From the IMG/VR virus record IMGVR_UViG_3300030380_000587, positions 1 through 52,962 of that record: a DNA stretch of 52,962 nt. The stretch is one strand, 5' to 3'. The notes below the pieces were generated by a model. The model had not been told where the DNA came from and ran no database searches. It was given only the letters and a program-made list of their open reading frames with translations. Of the stretch, positions 27,825-37,834 are shown in pieces. Each line of letters begins with the position of its first letter. Within the stretch, counting starts at the first letter, position 1. The stretch comes from a virus. Taxonomy: Duplodnaviria; Caudoviricetes. A program made the translations under genes and the position numbers.

Positions 27825-29773
27825 TGGCAATGAAAGATTATATGACGAACAGCCCGTTTGGACAGGTTGCTGGTGCTCTATTGGCTAAAAAAGATGATGA
27901 CTACAAAAAAAATATGGCTATCGCTTTTGGTGCTGGATTTTTAAAAGACTTTTTAAGTAACTTAACTGCCTTTCAACAAGAAGAAAGATTAGATGCAAGA
28001 GATAGATTAAAAACAGAATCTGATATAATTTTTAGTAAGGACTCAAGTGAATGGGCAGATTTTGCAGATGAAAGAGCTAGAGTAGATGAATATAATAGAA
28101 TGGGTGAATCTGCTTATTTAAATAAATATGCATCACAAAACATGACATACTCAGATGATGCTATAGCAAGAGGCATTACTTGGGAAAATAGAATGCAGTT
28201 ACCTAAAGATGTAAGAGATTCATTACAAGATGAATTTAATTCACAAAGAGATAGAGGCAAACAAGAAATTGAAATTTTAAGACAAGACCCAAGAGTTAAA
28301 TTTAGAACGGTGCAAGGTTATACCGAAGCTGGTAGGAGAGCTTTTTTAGCAAAAGATGAATTAGCTAAGAATGACCCTACAAAAAGAGGAGTTATTAGAG
28401 AAGAGTGGAATAATTTATTTAAATTTGATAAAGATGGAAACTATACTGGTAATAACGCTGAAAAAATAAGAATGGATAGAGCTATTGAATTAGCTGTGGA
28501 AGATTATGATAATCAACAACTTTCTGTACAAGCAGCAACTAGACGTTTAGAAGACTTTTATTCTGGCTCAATAGGTGGAGATGCTGGAGATTTAGAATTT
28601 GATAGTATTAATATGTCGCAAAAACCTTACGATGCAGAAACAATACGTCAACAAAAGAAAGTAAATAAAGATATTTTAGAAGAAAGAAATTCATCTGGTC
28701 GTTATACTGGTAGAGTTAATAAAGCTTTCTTTGATATACCTTTAGAAATTCCTATTGTTAGAAAAGATAAAATAGGTGAAGATGGTAATCCTGTTAAGGA
28801 AACTGTTAATATTAAGGAAGGTAATTTTCAAAATATTAAAGTGTTAGATGCAAACGGACAAGTTTCAGTTTTAAGCACAGAAATGTTATATGATGCATTA
28901 GCGGTACATCAACTTAGACAAAATGAAATGTTAATAAAAAATGGTTCTAATGCTTTGGTAGGTGCTCAATCAATTCATTCTATTTTTAATCAATGGGCTA
29001 ATGAAGGTCGTTTTCAAAGATTAAAAGATGTAAGAAAAGGTGAAGGATTTTTTGATGGACCAGAGCAAATTACATGGAACGGTGAAGATATTCTTTTAGT
29101 ATTACCTAGTACAAACGGTAATAATTTAATTGAAAATAAAGTACAGCTTTCAGATGCGGTAGCAACTCATCAAACTCAAGGAGAAGATAAAACACCTGAA
29201 GTTTCAGATGATGGTATTCCTGCGTTTGATGCTAATAAAATGAATTTATATGCTCAAGATGGTATGGATACAAAGTGGTCATCTTTATCTTCTGTAGAAA
29301 AAGAAAGAGAAATTAATGCATATATTAATTTATATCCTGAACATGAAGAACAAATTAGACAAATTTTAACTAATAAAAATTTACCAGATAACTCAGAAGT
29401 TCCAGAAGAAAAACAGACTACAGAACGAAAACAATTTTCGGAATTAAATGAAGAGGAAATGAATGCGTTACTTGAAAGAACAGATGATAAAGCTAGAAAA
29501 GAAATGAGACAAGGTGTTAAATCTTTATTAGGAATGCAGCCTGAACAAATTCTTAATAGACGAATTAAACAAGTTAATAGAGCTATAGAAAATATTAATG
29601 CTGGTAGAATGGGTAGCGTAAACTCAACGGAATTTAGAAAGTGGATGAAGGACACTAAAGATATAAAATCTAGTGATTTTTATAAATTAGATAAACAAGA
29701 AAGACTACCTTTATTTGAAGAATATTTAGATGTATTAAATAAACAGTTAAGTATGGTAGACAATCAAAATTAA
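27824..29773 (+). CDS. Putative internal virion protein
   Basis: 649 aa charged helical ORF within the ejection-protein cluster. Confidence 0.6.
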   Translation: MAMKDYMTNSPFGQVAGALLAKKDDDYKKNMAIAFGAGFLKDFLSNLTAFQQEERLDARDRLKTESDIIFSKDSSEWADFADERARVDEYNRMGESAYLNKYASQNMTYSDDAIARGITWENRMQLPKDVRDSLQDEFNSQRDRGKQEIEILRQDPRVKFRTVQGYTEAGRRAFLAKDELAKNDPTKRGVIREEWNNLFKFDKDGNYTGNNAEKIRMDRAIELAVEDYDNQQLSVQAATRRLEDFYSGSIGGDAGDLEFDSINMSQKPYDAETIRQQKKVNKDILEERNSSGRYTGRVNKAFFDIPLEIPIVRKDKIGEDGNPVKETVNIKEGNFQNIKVLDANGQVSVLSTEMLYDALAVHQLRQNEMLIKNGSNALVGAQSIHSIFNQWANEGRFQRLKDVRKGEGFFDGPEQITWNGEDILLVLPSTNGNNLIENKVQLSDAVATHQTQGEDKTPEVSDDGIPAFDANKMNLYAQDGMDTKWSSLSSVEKEREINAYINLYPEHEEQIRQILTNKNLPDNSEVPEEKQTTERKQFSELNEEEMNALLERTDDKARKEMRQGVKSLLGMQPEQILNRRIKQVNRAIENINAGRMGSVNSTEFRKWMKDTKDIKSSDFYKLDKQERLPLFEEYLDVLNKQLSMVDNQN

Positions 29774-29787
29774 TCAAGGATATATTA

Positions 29788-32700
29788 ATGACAATTAATA
29801 ATAACAATCTTGGTTATTTTAGTTCAACTCAAGAGCCTGATGAAAATGTAGTTACGCCTTTAGTAATAGAACCTAATGTGCAAAACTTAGGTTATTTTTC
29901 TTCTCCAGCGATTGAGACTCAAGAAGAAACTAGAGTACCTCCTAAAGATATATCAACATTGGGATATTTTGCTACGCCTGAAATTTCATTAGCAAGAGAA
30001 ATAGCCTTTGGTCAAGCTCAAGAACCAATGGCATTAGGAAGTGCTTATCGTATTGCTAAAGCTGGATTAGGTTCATTATTTAATCGTAACGAAACTTATG
30101 AAGAAGCACGAAAAAGAATTGAAGATGAACGACAAGAAGAAATATTTGAAGAGTTTTCAGAGTTTAGAGGTAGGAAAGAAACAGCCGGTACATTAACTGG
30201 TAGAGCATCAGTAGCTTTAGCTGACCCTATTACATTTATTATTCCATGGGCAAAATTTGCAAAGCTTGGTAAAGTTGCAAGTCTAGGTGCAGGTGGTTCA
30301 TTTGCTGCAGGAGATATGGCTCTTAGAGAAGAAGCTTTATACGGAGAAATAAATCCTTATACAGTAGGAGTAGGGTTTGGATTAGGTGTTGCCGGTGCTC
30401 AAGCAGGTGATATGATAATGGCTGCATATAGTAGATATGCAAGTAAACCTGTTAATGAAGTTGTACAAGTAACTAATGCATCTGGACAAAAAGTAGGTAA
30501 GCCTGTAACTATTTCAGGAGATACCAAACCTAAAATTATTAAGCAAACAGACCAGCCTAAAGTTGAAAAACTTATTAAAGAAGTAACCATTGATAGTGAT
30601 GAAGCACTAAAAAATATTGGTACACTTACTACACGATTAGATAGAATAGGTGTTAGAAGAAAAGAAATTTCTGTCGAACTTAAAAAAATTAAAAGTCAAC
30701 ACAGAAAAGTTTTAACTAAACAAGAATTAAAAGAAGATGATTACTTTACTTTTATTACAAACCAAGCTAAAACAGAAAGAGGTAAATTAACTGCTGAAGT
30801 AAGAGCAATTAATAAAGAACTCAAACAAATTTATACTGAGGAATTACCAGATAATTTGTTAGATGTTATAAATAAAAGTGTACTGAACGGACAAAAAAAT
30901 GGATTACTTACTGAAAGTTTTGCACGAAGCATAATCCAAGAAAGTGTAAGACCACTTATAGGTGGTATTATTGGAGGTGGTATAGGAGCTACCTTTACAG
31001 AGGAAGGAGATGGTAATGCTAAAATGCTTTACTTTGCTGCAATCGGAGCAACGTATGGTAAATTTCAAAAAACTATCCAAAGTAAACCTTATGAAATAGT
31101 ATCTAAAAAAGTTAAGGATGCAATGGGGAACGAGTTTGTAAAAGAATATAGACGTTCTTATTGGAACTATCTAAAAGGACTGACAGCCGGTTCACATGTT
31201 CAAGAGCTTATGTCATTCTCAAAACCAGTTGTAAATTATGCAGCTAAAATGTTTAAAATGCAAGGTGGTGGAGTTCAGCTTGGTTCTCGTACTAAAGAAC
31301 TAAGTGTAGAAGAAGAAGCTATTTTACAAACAGGATATTGGAGAGATTTGTATTCTAATTTAGTTAGTAAGTATGATGATGATGTTTTAGAATTAGCTGG
31401 TAAACTTTCCAATAATAGAAATTTAAAGTCTAAAAAATATTCTTTTTTAACAGATGAAGATTTAGCAAATCCAAAACTTGCTCAAGCTCAAAAATTATCT
31501 TTAGAAGTAGATGAGTTTACATTAAGTTTTAGAAACTATGCTGTGTCACGAGGTTTAAATTTTGATGATGAAGCTCAGTATGGTTTGACTCAACTATTAA
31601 AACAAGAAGCTATTGATACAGCTAATTATAATAAAGTTAAATCAGAATTAGCAAATGCTTTTTTTATACAAAACAGTAAAGAAGTAGGAAATAAATTTTA
31701 TAAACCTAAAGGTAAAAAGGAAATTGCTGCAGCTAGAGCAAGAGCTGAAGATATAGCTGGAGAATATTTGCAAACAAGTACAAGTTTGAGAGCACGTTCT
31801 ATTTGGAAAAAAGAAACAGACGATGCTATTTTTCAAGCTAATAGTTTAAAGAAACAAAGAGATGAAGAATTTGTTTTAGATGCTGCTAGACATTTTAATA
31901 AATCTAGAACATTATATGACCAAGAAGCAAGAGCTTCGGTGTCACATTTATTTGAACAAAATCCTACAGAAACTTTACGTCAGCTAATTAGTAATACTGT
32001 TAATGTTGCAGAATTTGTAAAACGATTTGGTGCAAAGGGAGAAGGAGTAAAAAAACTTTTTAAAGATATTGATGATGAAATTAAGTTGATGGCTGACCCA
32101 ACTAATCAATATAAAAATGCTAGGCAGTTATATTTAAATAATCCGGCTGCGAGAGCTAGAGCACAAGCAGAAAAGAAAAAAATTAAAGATTCTTTAGAAG
32201 CTTACTTTGGTGTATATCAAGTAGACCAAATGCCTACAGGAGATGTTGGTCAAGCGATTGTTACATTTTTACAAACTGGGTTAGCTACAACTAGATTAGC
32301 TAGAGTAGCAATACCAAGTTTAGGTGACTTGTTACAGACTATTACAAATAGTGGCTATAAAGCTGCATACAAAGGAGCAGTCTCAGAAATAAAATTATCT
32401 ACAGAAGGATTAGGTTTAAAGGGAACTCAAAAACAAGTAGCTGGAAAAGATGCTACTTTTGTTGATAAATTTGTAGGTAACAATAGGCACGATGCTTTAC
32501 TTGAAAGAGAACTATCAGATGTATTATTAGTAGGTGGTGGTAATGTAAAAAGATACCAAAGAAAAGTAGCTGATTTTACTAGACAATATTTTGAAGTAAT
32601 TCAACTAGGTAGAGTTACTAGGACAGCAAGAAACTGGGCATTTGATTCTGGTGTTCATAGAGCTATGGACATTGGGCAAACTGTTAAGAAAGGTAGAACT

Positions 32701-33594
32701 TCAGAATTTTTAAAAACTAAAGAAGCTTTACAAAAAGAAATGGATGCCATGGGATTATCGCAAAAACAATTTACATATCTTGGACAATTTGATACTTTAG
32801 AAAAAGCTATCGCTGACCCTATTGCTAAATCTTATTTGAAAAAAGCAGGATTGAAAGCTGCAGATAGAGATGCATTAATACCTCAAATTGGTAATAGAAG
32901 ATTGTTTGCTCAAAGTAAAAATCCTTATGTTAAATTCTTAGGTAGTTTTTTATCATGGGCACAAGCTAAAACATCTCAATCAAATGCTCTTATAGCTAGA
33001 GTAGAACAAGGAGATGGGGCATTATTTGTACGTATGGCTGCTGCTATACCTATATTTATGGGAGTTAGAGAAACTCAAATAGCACTTTCGACAAATAAAA
33101 ATTATAAAGAAGAAGTTGCTAAAGAAACTATTCCTCAAAAAATAGGAGAAGGAATTAGTTTTGCTGGTTGGAATACTTATATTGTAGAAAAAATTAGGTC
33201 ACTCATTAAATTTGATACGTTTGGTAGCAATACAATGGAACAAGTAGCACCTGTTTTAGGATACATGCAAGATTTATCTGAGATTGGTACTAAGCCTGTT
33301 GGTAAATTATTAAACTCTGAAGCAGATACTTTACTTGAAGCACTTGGAGAAGCAGGTGGAAGTATAGCAAAAGAAACAGCAGAAGTCTTACCATTCGCTA
33401 GAGAGGTTGTACCTATTGTAGAAGAAGCTATAGATGATGATGTTTATATTGATTCTACTAGAGGATACTCTACAGGTGGTTTAGTTGAAGGAGAATTTAA
33501 AGTACCAAATACAAAAGAAAACCCTGCTGACAGAGAAAGTGCAGAGTTAGGCGGACTGACATACAGAGACCAAATGGAGGATTTATTAGGATGA
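29788..33594 (+). CDS. Large internal virion protein
   Basis: 1268 aa, last gene before lysis; ADP...IP and Gly-rich membrane-like segments. Confidence 0.65.
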   Translation: MTINNNNLGYFSSTQEPDENVVTPLVIEPNVQNLGYFSSPAIETQEETRVPPKDISTLGYFATPEISLAREIAFGQAQEPMALGSAYRIAKAGLGSLFNRNETYEEARKRIEDERQEEIFEEFSEFRGRKETAGTLTGRASVALADPITFIIPWAKFAKLGKVASLGAGGSFAAGDMALREEALYGEINPYTVGVGFGLGVAGAQAGDMIMAAYSRYASKPVNEVVQVTNASGQKVGKPVTISGDTKPKIIKQTDQPKVEKLIKEVTIDSDEALKNIGTLTTRLDRIGVRRKEISVELKKIKSQHRKVLTKQELKEDDYFTFITNQAKTERGKLTAEVRAINKELKQIYTEELPDNLLDVINKSVLNGQKNGLLTESFARSIIQESVRPLIGGIIGGGIGATFTEEGDGNAKMLYFAAIGATYGKFQKTIQSKPYEIVSKKVKDAMGNEFVKEYRRSYWNYLKGLTAGSHVQELMSFSKPVVNYAAKMFKMQGGGVQLGSRTKELSVEEEAILQTGYWRDLYSNLVSKYDDDVLELAGKLSNNRNLKSKKYSFLTDEDLANPKLAQAQKLSLEVDEFTLSFRNYAVSRGLNFDDEAQYGLTQLLKQEAIDTANYNKVKSELANAFFIQNSKEVGNKFYKPKGKKEIAAARARAEDIAGEYLQTSTSLRARSIWKKETDDAIFQANSLKKQRDEEFVLDAARHFNKSRTLYDQEARASVSHLFEQNPTETLRQLISNTVNVAEFVKRFGAKGEGVKKLFKDIDDEIKLMADPTNQYKNARQLYLNNPAARARAQAEKKKIKDSLEAYFGVYQVDQMPTGDVGQAIVTFLQTGLATTRLARVAIPSLGDLLQTITNSGYKAAYKGAVSEIKLSTEGLGLKGTQKQVAGKDATFVDKFVGNNRHDALLERELSDVLLVGGGNVKRYQRKVADFTRQYFEVIQLGRVTRTARNWAFDSGVHRAMDIGQTVKKGRTSEFLKTKEALQKEMDAMGLSQKQFTYLGQFDTLEKAIADPIAKSYLKKAGLKAADRDALIPQIGNRRLFAQSKNPYVKFLGSFLSWAQAKTSQSNALIARVEQGDGALFVRMAAAIPIFMGVRETQIALSTNKNYKEEVAKETIPQKIGEGISFAGWNTYIVEKIRSLIKFDTFGSNTMEQVAPVLGYMQDLSEIGTKPVGKLLNSEADTLLEALGEAGGSIAKETAEVLPFAREVVPIVEEAIDDDVYIDSTRGYSTGGLVEGEFKVPNTKENPADRESAELGGLTYRDQMEDLLG

Positions 33595-34040
33595 ATATAG
33601 ATTTATGTAAAGAACAAATTAAAAGACACGAAGGAGAAGTGTTAGAAATTTACGAAGATAGTTTAGGATATAAAACTTTAGGCATAGGACACTTATGTCA
33701 GCCTCAAGACCCTGAATATAACTTAGAAGTTGGTACACCGATTAGTCAAGAAGTTGTAGACATGTATTATGAAGATGACTTTCATAAACACTTGGAAGAG
33801 GCTAGACACGTCTTTGGAAGTGATGAAGATTTTTATAACTTACCTGAAGACATACAACACGTCTTAGTTAATATGTGTTTTAACTTAGGTGCAAACAGAC
33901 TTTCCAAATTTAGAAACATGTTAAAAGCTTGTAGAGAACATAACTGGAAAGAAATGGCTGTTCAAATGGAAGACTCTAGATGGTTCGGACAAGTGGGCAG
34001 ACGTAGTAAAGAATTACAAGATATGGTACTAGGAGTATGA
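33591..34040 (+). CDS. Endolysin, T4-lysozyme-like (GH24)
   Basis: HEG-x7-D-x5-T catalytic pattern (HEGEVLEIYEDSLGYKTLGIGH), NMCFNLG, SRWFGQVGRR. Confidence 0.9.
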   Translation: MNIDLCKEQIKRHEGEVLEIYEDSLGYKTLGIGHLCQPQDPEYNLEVGTPISQEVVDMYYEDDFHKHLEEARHVFGSDEDFYNLPEDIQHVLVNMCFNLGANRLSKFRNMLKACREHNWKEMAVQMEDSRWFGQVGRRSKELQDMVLGV

Positions 34041-34041
34041 A

Positions 34042-34515
34042 ATGAAAGGACTATTAAAAAATATAGTTGGAGCTGTTGCTCCTACATTAGGAACTGCATT
34101 AGGCGGACCTATGGGAGGCATGGCAGCTAATATGATAGCTGATGTATTGGGAGTACCTAATACACCAAAGGCTATAGAGAAAGCAGTACAAGAAGCTACA
34201 CCTGAACAGATGCTTGAGCTAAAGAAAGCTGAACAAGCTTTTGAAGTACAGATGAAAGAGCTTGATGTAGATGTTTACAAGTTAGAAGTAGCTGACACTC
34301 AAGATGCTAGAAAAAACTTTAGTAAAGATTGGACAGCTCGTATCATGGGTATAGCTACAGTTGGTGGATTCTTAGGATATATATTCTTAGTAACACTACA
34401 ACCACCAGAACAAAACTCAGAAGCGTTAATAAATTTAGTGTTAGGTTATTTAGGTGGTCTAGCATCGGCAGTAATTAGTTTTTACTTCGGAGCTTCTAAC
34501 TCTACGAAAGAGTAA
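34042..34515 (+). CDS. Putative holin
   Basis: 157 aa; APTLGTALGGP N-terminus, D..DAR, two C-terminal TM helices ending FYFG; adjacent to the lysozyme. Confidence 0.7.
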   Translation: MKGLLKNIVGAVAPTLGTALGGPMGGMAANMIADVLGVPNTPKAIEKAVQEATPEQMLELKKAEQAFEVQMKELDVDVYKLEVADTQDARKNFSKDWTARIMGIATVGGFLGYIFLVTLQPPEQNSEALINLVLGYLGGLASAVISFYFGASNSTKE

Positions 34516-34865
34516 TGGACGAATTTATAAATGTAATAAACCAAGTAGGTTTTCCAATCGCAGCAGCGTTAGGACTTGGATGGTTTATATGGAAGTTAAT
34601 AAATAGAATTATAGATGGCATGGAAGCCAAACTTGATACTTTAGATGATAAGGTACAAGCAAGTTTAGATACAATGGAAGAGAGAGTAACCACTAAACTT
34701 GACAGTCAATATGGCATCATAGTTAGTTTAATTGATAGAGTAAGAGCAATGGATAATCAAAGTATTAGACAGGATGTTCTACTTAAAACTTTACTAGGCG
34801 TACCAAACTTAGTAGAGATAGATAAGATTGCAAAGGCAGACAGAGATGACCAAAGAAAAGATTGA
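34515..34865 (+). CDS. Membrane-anchored coiled-coil protein
   Basis: 116 aa; INQVGFPI TM helix; overlaps csgF. Confidence 0.7.
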   Translation: MDEFINVINQVGFPIAAALGLGWFIWKLINRIIDGMEAKLDTLDDKVQASLDTMEERVTTKLDSQYGIIVSLIDRVRAMDNQSIRQDVLLKTLLGVPNLVEIDKIAKADRDDQRKD

Positions 34866-35355
34866 AAATATACATCCAATGACACAAATTACTATTGCTT
34901 CGATAGTACAAGTTTGTGTACTAGGATTAATGGGTTTGTCTATGTTTTTTATTAACATAGCTTTTGCAGATGAAATGGTTCATAAGTTTAAGAACCCATC
35001 CTTTAGTGGAGAAAATACTAGCTCTCATTATCTTACTATTGAGAACCAAGAGTTTAATCGTAAGATGACAATCAAAGAAGAAATCAAAGCTTTACAAGAG
35101 CAAATCAAAAGAGACAAGGAAAACACAACACTCGCAAGATTTATTAGAAATCTAGAGTCACGGATTTACGCACAACTATCAAGGCAATTAGTAGAAAATT
35201 TATTTGGGGAGAACCCTAGTACAGAAGGTACTATAGAACTTGAAGGAAATACCATTTCTTATATAAGCGATGGAGAAATAATAACACTTACAATTACGGA
35301 TGCAGATGGAAATGTTACGATTATTCAGTTGCCTATTGGTAGTTTTACTTTCTAG
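34828..35355 (+). CDS. csgF: Curli assembly protein CsgF-like
   Basis: Signal peptide ending AFA, then DEMVHKFKNPSFSG (CsgF N-terminal F.NP.F.G); exact start uncertain. Confidence 0.8.
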   Translation: MQRQTEMTKEKIENIHPMTQITIASIVQVCVLGLMGLSMFFINIAFADEMVHKFKNPSFSGENTSSHYLTIENQEFNRKMTIKEEIKALQEQIKRDKENTTLARFIRNLESRIYAQLSRQLVENLFGENPSTEGTIELEGNTISYISDGEIITLTITDADGNVTIIQLPIGSFTF

Positions 35356-36106
35356 TGGTTGTGCAGTTATAAGTCAGAATAATGATTTAGTATTAACAAA
35401 AAAGATACAAGCTCCAACAACACTAACATTACAATCAGAAGAATTACTAAACTTACCGGCAGCAAAAGTACAGCCTACAATAGCGATATACCCTAATAGT
35501 TTTAAAGATTTAACAGGGCAACGAAGAAGCAATAGTTCGTTTGCTTTATTCAGTACTGCAATAACACAAGCACCTGAAGCGTTTTTAATTAGAGCATTAA
35601 AGCATACATCAGGTGGTAACTTTTTTAGAGTTGTAGAACGTGTAGGTTTAGATGACCTTACCAAAGAAAGACAACTCATACGTACAACTCGTAAAGAGTT
35701 TGAAGAAGATAATAAATTAAAGCCCTTGTTATTTGCAGGGCTACTGGTTCAGGGCGGTGTCGTTTCTTATGAAGCGAACCAAAGGTCTGGAGGATTGGGT
35801 GCTCGTTACTTAGGAATAGGTAACAGTAAACAATACCGAGAAGATAATGTAACTATATCATTGCGATTAGTTTCAGTATCCACAGGTGAAGTACTAATAG
35901 AAACTTTAGTGACTAAAAGTATTTTATCTACAAGCATATCTCAGGATGTTTTTCGTTTTATTGAACAACAAACAGAGTTAGTAGAAATAGAAGGAGGCGT
36001 GGCTGAGAATGAATCTGTATCTATAGCTTTACAAAAGGCAATAGAGACAGGAGTTTTAAATATAATAAATATAGGAATAGAGAGAGGCTATTGGGAATAT
36101 GAATAA
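35312..36106 (+). CDS. csgG: Curli secretion pore lipoprotein CsgG
   Basis: Lipobox LSSGC; FKDLTGQ, FSTAITQ, FRVVERVGLDDLTKERQLIR, GARYLGIG, LRLVSVSTGEV. Confidence 0.92.
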   Translation: MLRLFSCLLVVLLSSGCAVISQNNDLVLTKKIQAPTTLTLQSEELLNLPAAKVQPTIAIYPNSFKDLTGQRRSNSSFALFSTAITQAPEAFLIRALKHTSGGNFFRVVERVGLDDLTKERQLIRTTRKEFEEDNKLKPLLFAGLLVQGGVVSYEANQRSGGLGARYLGIGNSKQYREDNVTISLRLVSVSTGEVLIETLVTKSILSTSISQDVFRFIEQQTELVEIEGGVAENESVSIALQKAIETGVLNIINIGIERGYWEYE

Positions 36107-36809
36107 AATAATATTAAGTTTAGTAGCTATAATATCTTTAGGTATTTATGCTGCAGATAATGAAATATATGTTGAGCAATCTGGTGCGACAGCAAATCTT
36201 GATTTAGAGCAACTCGGTTCTGCTAATATTATTGGAGGTTTGAATTCCGTAGCCGGTACATTAACACCTCTTGACTTAGACGGAACAGGAATGACATTAG
36301 ACATCAATCAAATTGGTGACACTAATAAATTCTTAGGAGATATTCTAGCTGATAGTTTGACAGGTTTCTTTGAGTTTGATGGAGATAGTAATAGCTTTAC
36401 AATTCAAGTAGACCCGACAAATACTTATGGAGCAGATAGTTCTAATTTAAATGTTGATGTTACTGGAAGCACTAACACCTTTACACTTGACTTGGCAACG
36501 AGTTCAATGGCTAGTAATACTGACCTTGATTGGATAATCAATGGTTCAGGAAACCAACTAGACTTTGATATAGATTATGATGGTGGCACAAGTTATGTAG
36601 ATATTGATGGTGATAGTAATACAGTTAGTTTTGATGGACAAGGATATGCTGGTGGTTATTTTTACTTAGACCAGACAGGAGGTTCTAGAACATTCAACAT
36701 ACAACAACAGAGTACACTAGATAATGACTGGCTTAAAATACTTAGTACTGGTTCTAACGGTACTGTTTGTGTCATCCAAAACGATGGCGGAACAGCAGTC
36801 GGTTGCTGA
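36099..36809 (+). CDS. Curlin-like secreted repeat protein
   Basis: Signal peptide; N/D/G/S/T-rich ~23-aa repeats such as EQLGSAN, NQIGDTN, FDGDSN, VTGSTN, INGSGN, IDGDSN; directly after csgG. Confidence 0.7.
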   Translation: MNKIILSLVAIISLGIYAADNEIYVEQSGATANLDLEQLGSANIIGGLNSVAGTLTPLDLDGTGMTLDINQIGDTNKFLGDILADSLTGFFEFDGDSNSFTIQVDPTNTYGADSSNLNVDVTGSTNTFTLDLATSSMASNTDLDWIINGSGNQLDFDIDYDGGTSYVDIDGDSNTVSFDGQGYAGGYFYLDQTGGSRTFNIQQQSTLDNDWLKILSTGSNGTVCVIQNDGGTAVGC

Positions 36810-37833
36810 GATAGGCAGCATTACAGAGCTTGAAGGTTTTGGCAGAGTTGTAAGAGACGATACTTACAAAGCTGCACTAGCCTTCGATATAAACAGTTAC
36901 GATAATGTCCAAACTTCCAATGGGAGAGTGGGCATTACGTTTCTGGATGATAGTCAAGTAAGATTGACTGAACATTCTGAACTCATTATTGATGAGTTTA
37001 TATATGACCCTGACCCATCTAAATCTAAGATGGCTCTACAGTTTGCGAGTGGTACTGCAAGATTTATCACAGGAAAACTCGCAACTATAGATAAACAAAA
37101 CATATTTATAAAAACTCCAAGTGCTACGATAGGTATTCGTGGTACTGATTTTACTGTGACTGTTGACGAATTAGGTCGTTCTTTAGTCATATTATTACCT
37201 GACGATGACGGTCTACCTAGTGGAGAGATTGTCGTTGCAACAGCTATGGGAGAGGTTGTACTTAATAAACCTTACCAAGCTACTACAGTTTCTATATTTG
37301 AAGCTGAACCCACTAAGCCAGTTATCCTTGACTTAACACTTGAGTTAATTGATAACATGTTGATTGTAAGCAAACCAAGGGAGAATAAAGTTGCCACAGG
37401 ACAAGACGGAGATAGTAGTACAAGTAATGTTCTTGATATTGATTATCTTGATTTTGACGATTTAGAACAAGACTATTTAGCAGGAGATGAATTAGAATTT
37501 ACAGAGCTAGATATAAATTATTTAGATGTAAATTTTTTAGAAGACCTACTAAATATAATTGAAGATATAAACGAATTAGATACAACTAATACACTATTAA
37601 AAACAGATATAGATTTAAAAGGTACAGCATTTGGGTTTGACCAAGAAACTCAAATCAATACTTTTACAACAGATAATCTCATAACTTTTTACAAAACGTT
37701 AGAAGATACTGTTAGGTTAGATTTAGATAAGAGTGGTTCATATACTGTCATACTAATACAGAATGGTAAGAGCACTCAGATTGTGGTGAATGGTGGAGGA
37801 AGCTCTACCATAACGATAACTCAAGGAGATTAA
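36724..37833 (+). CDS. FecR-domain periplasmic protein
   Basis: Signal peptide; D.VQT..G...ITF.D.S.V.L..HS.L.ID and IKTPSATIGIRGTDF; acidic C-terminal half. Confidence 0.85.
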   Translation: MTGLKYLVLVLTVLFVSSKTMAEQQSVAEIGSITELEGFGRVVRDDTYKAALAFDINSYDNVQTSNGRVGITFLDDSQVRLTEHSELIIDEFIYDPDPSKSKMALQFASGTARFITGKLATIDKQNIFIKTPSATIGIRGTDFTVTVDELGRSLVILLPDDDGLPSGEIVVATAMGEVVLNKPYQATTVSIFEAEPTKPVILDLTLELIDNMLIVSKPRENKVATGQDGDSSTSNVLDIDYLDFDDLEQDYLAGDELEFTELDINYLDVNFLEDLLNIIEDINELDTTNTLLKTDIDLKGTAFGFDQETQINTFTTDNLITFYKTLEDTVRLDLDKSGSYTVILIQNGKSTQIVVNGGGSSTITITQGD

Positions 37834-37834
37834 T

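Noticed and set aside
5411-37190. Numerous minus-strand ORFs inside structural genes (e.g. 19121-19813, 18743-19081, 25531-25908)
   Set aside because: Antisense shadows of repetitive or biased coding sequence with no SD or recognisable motifs.
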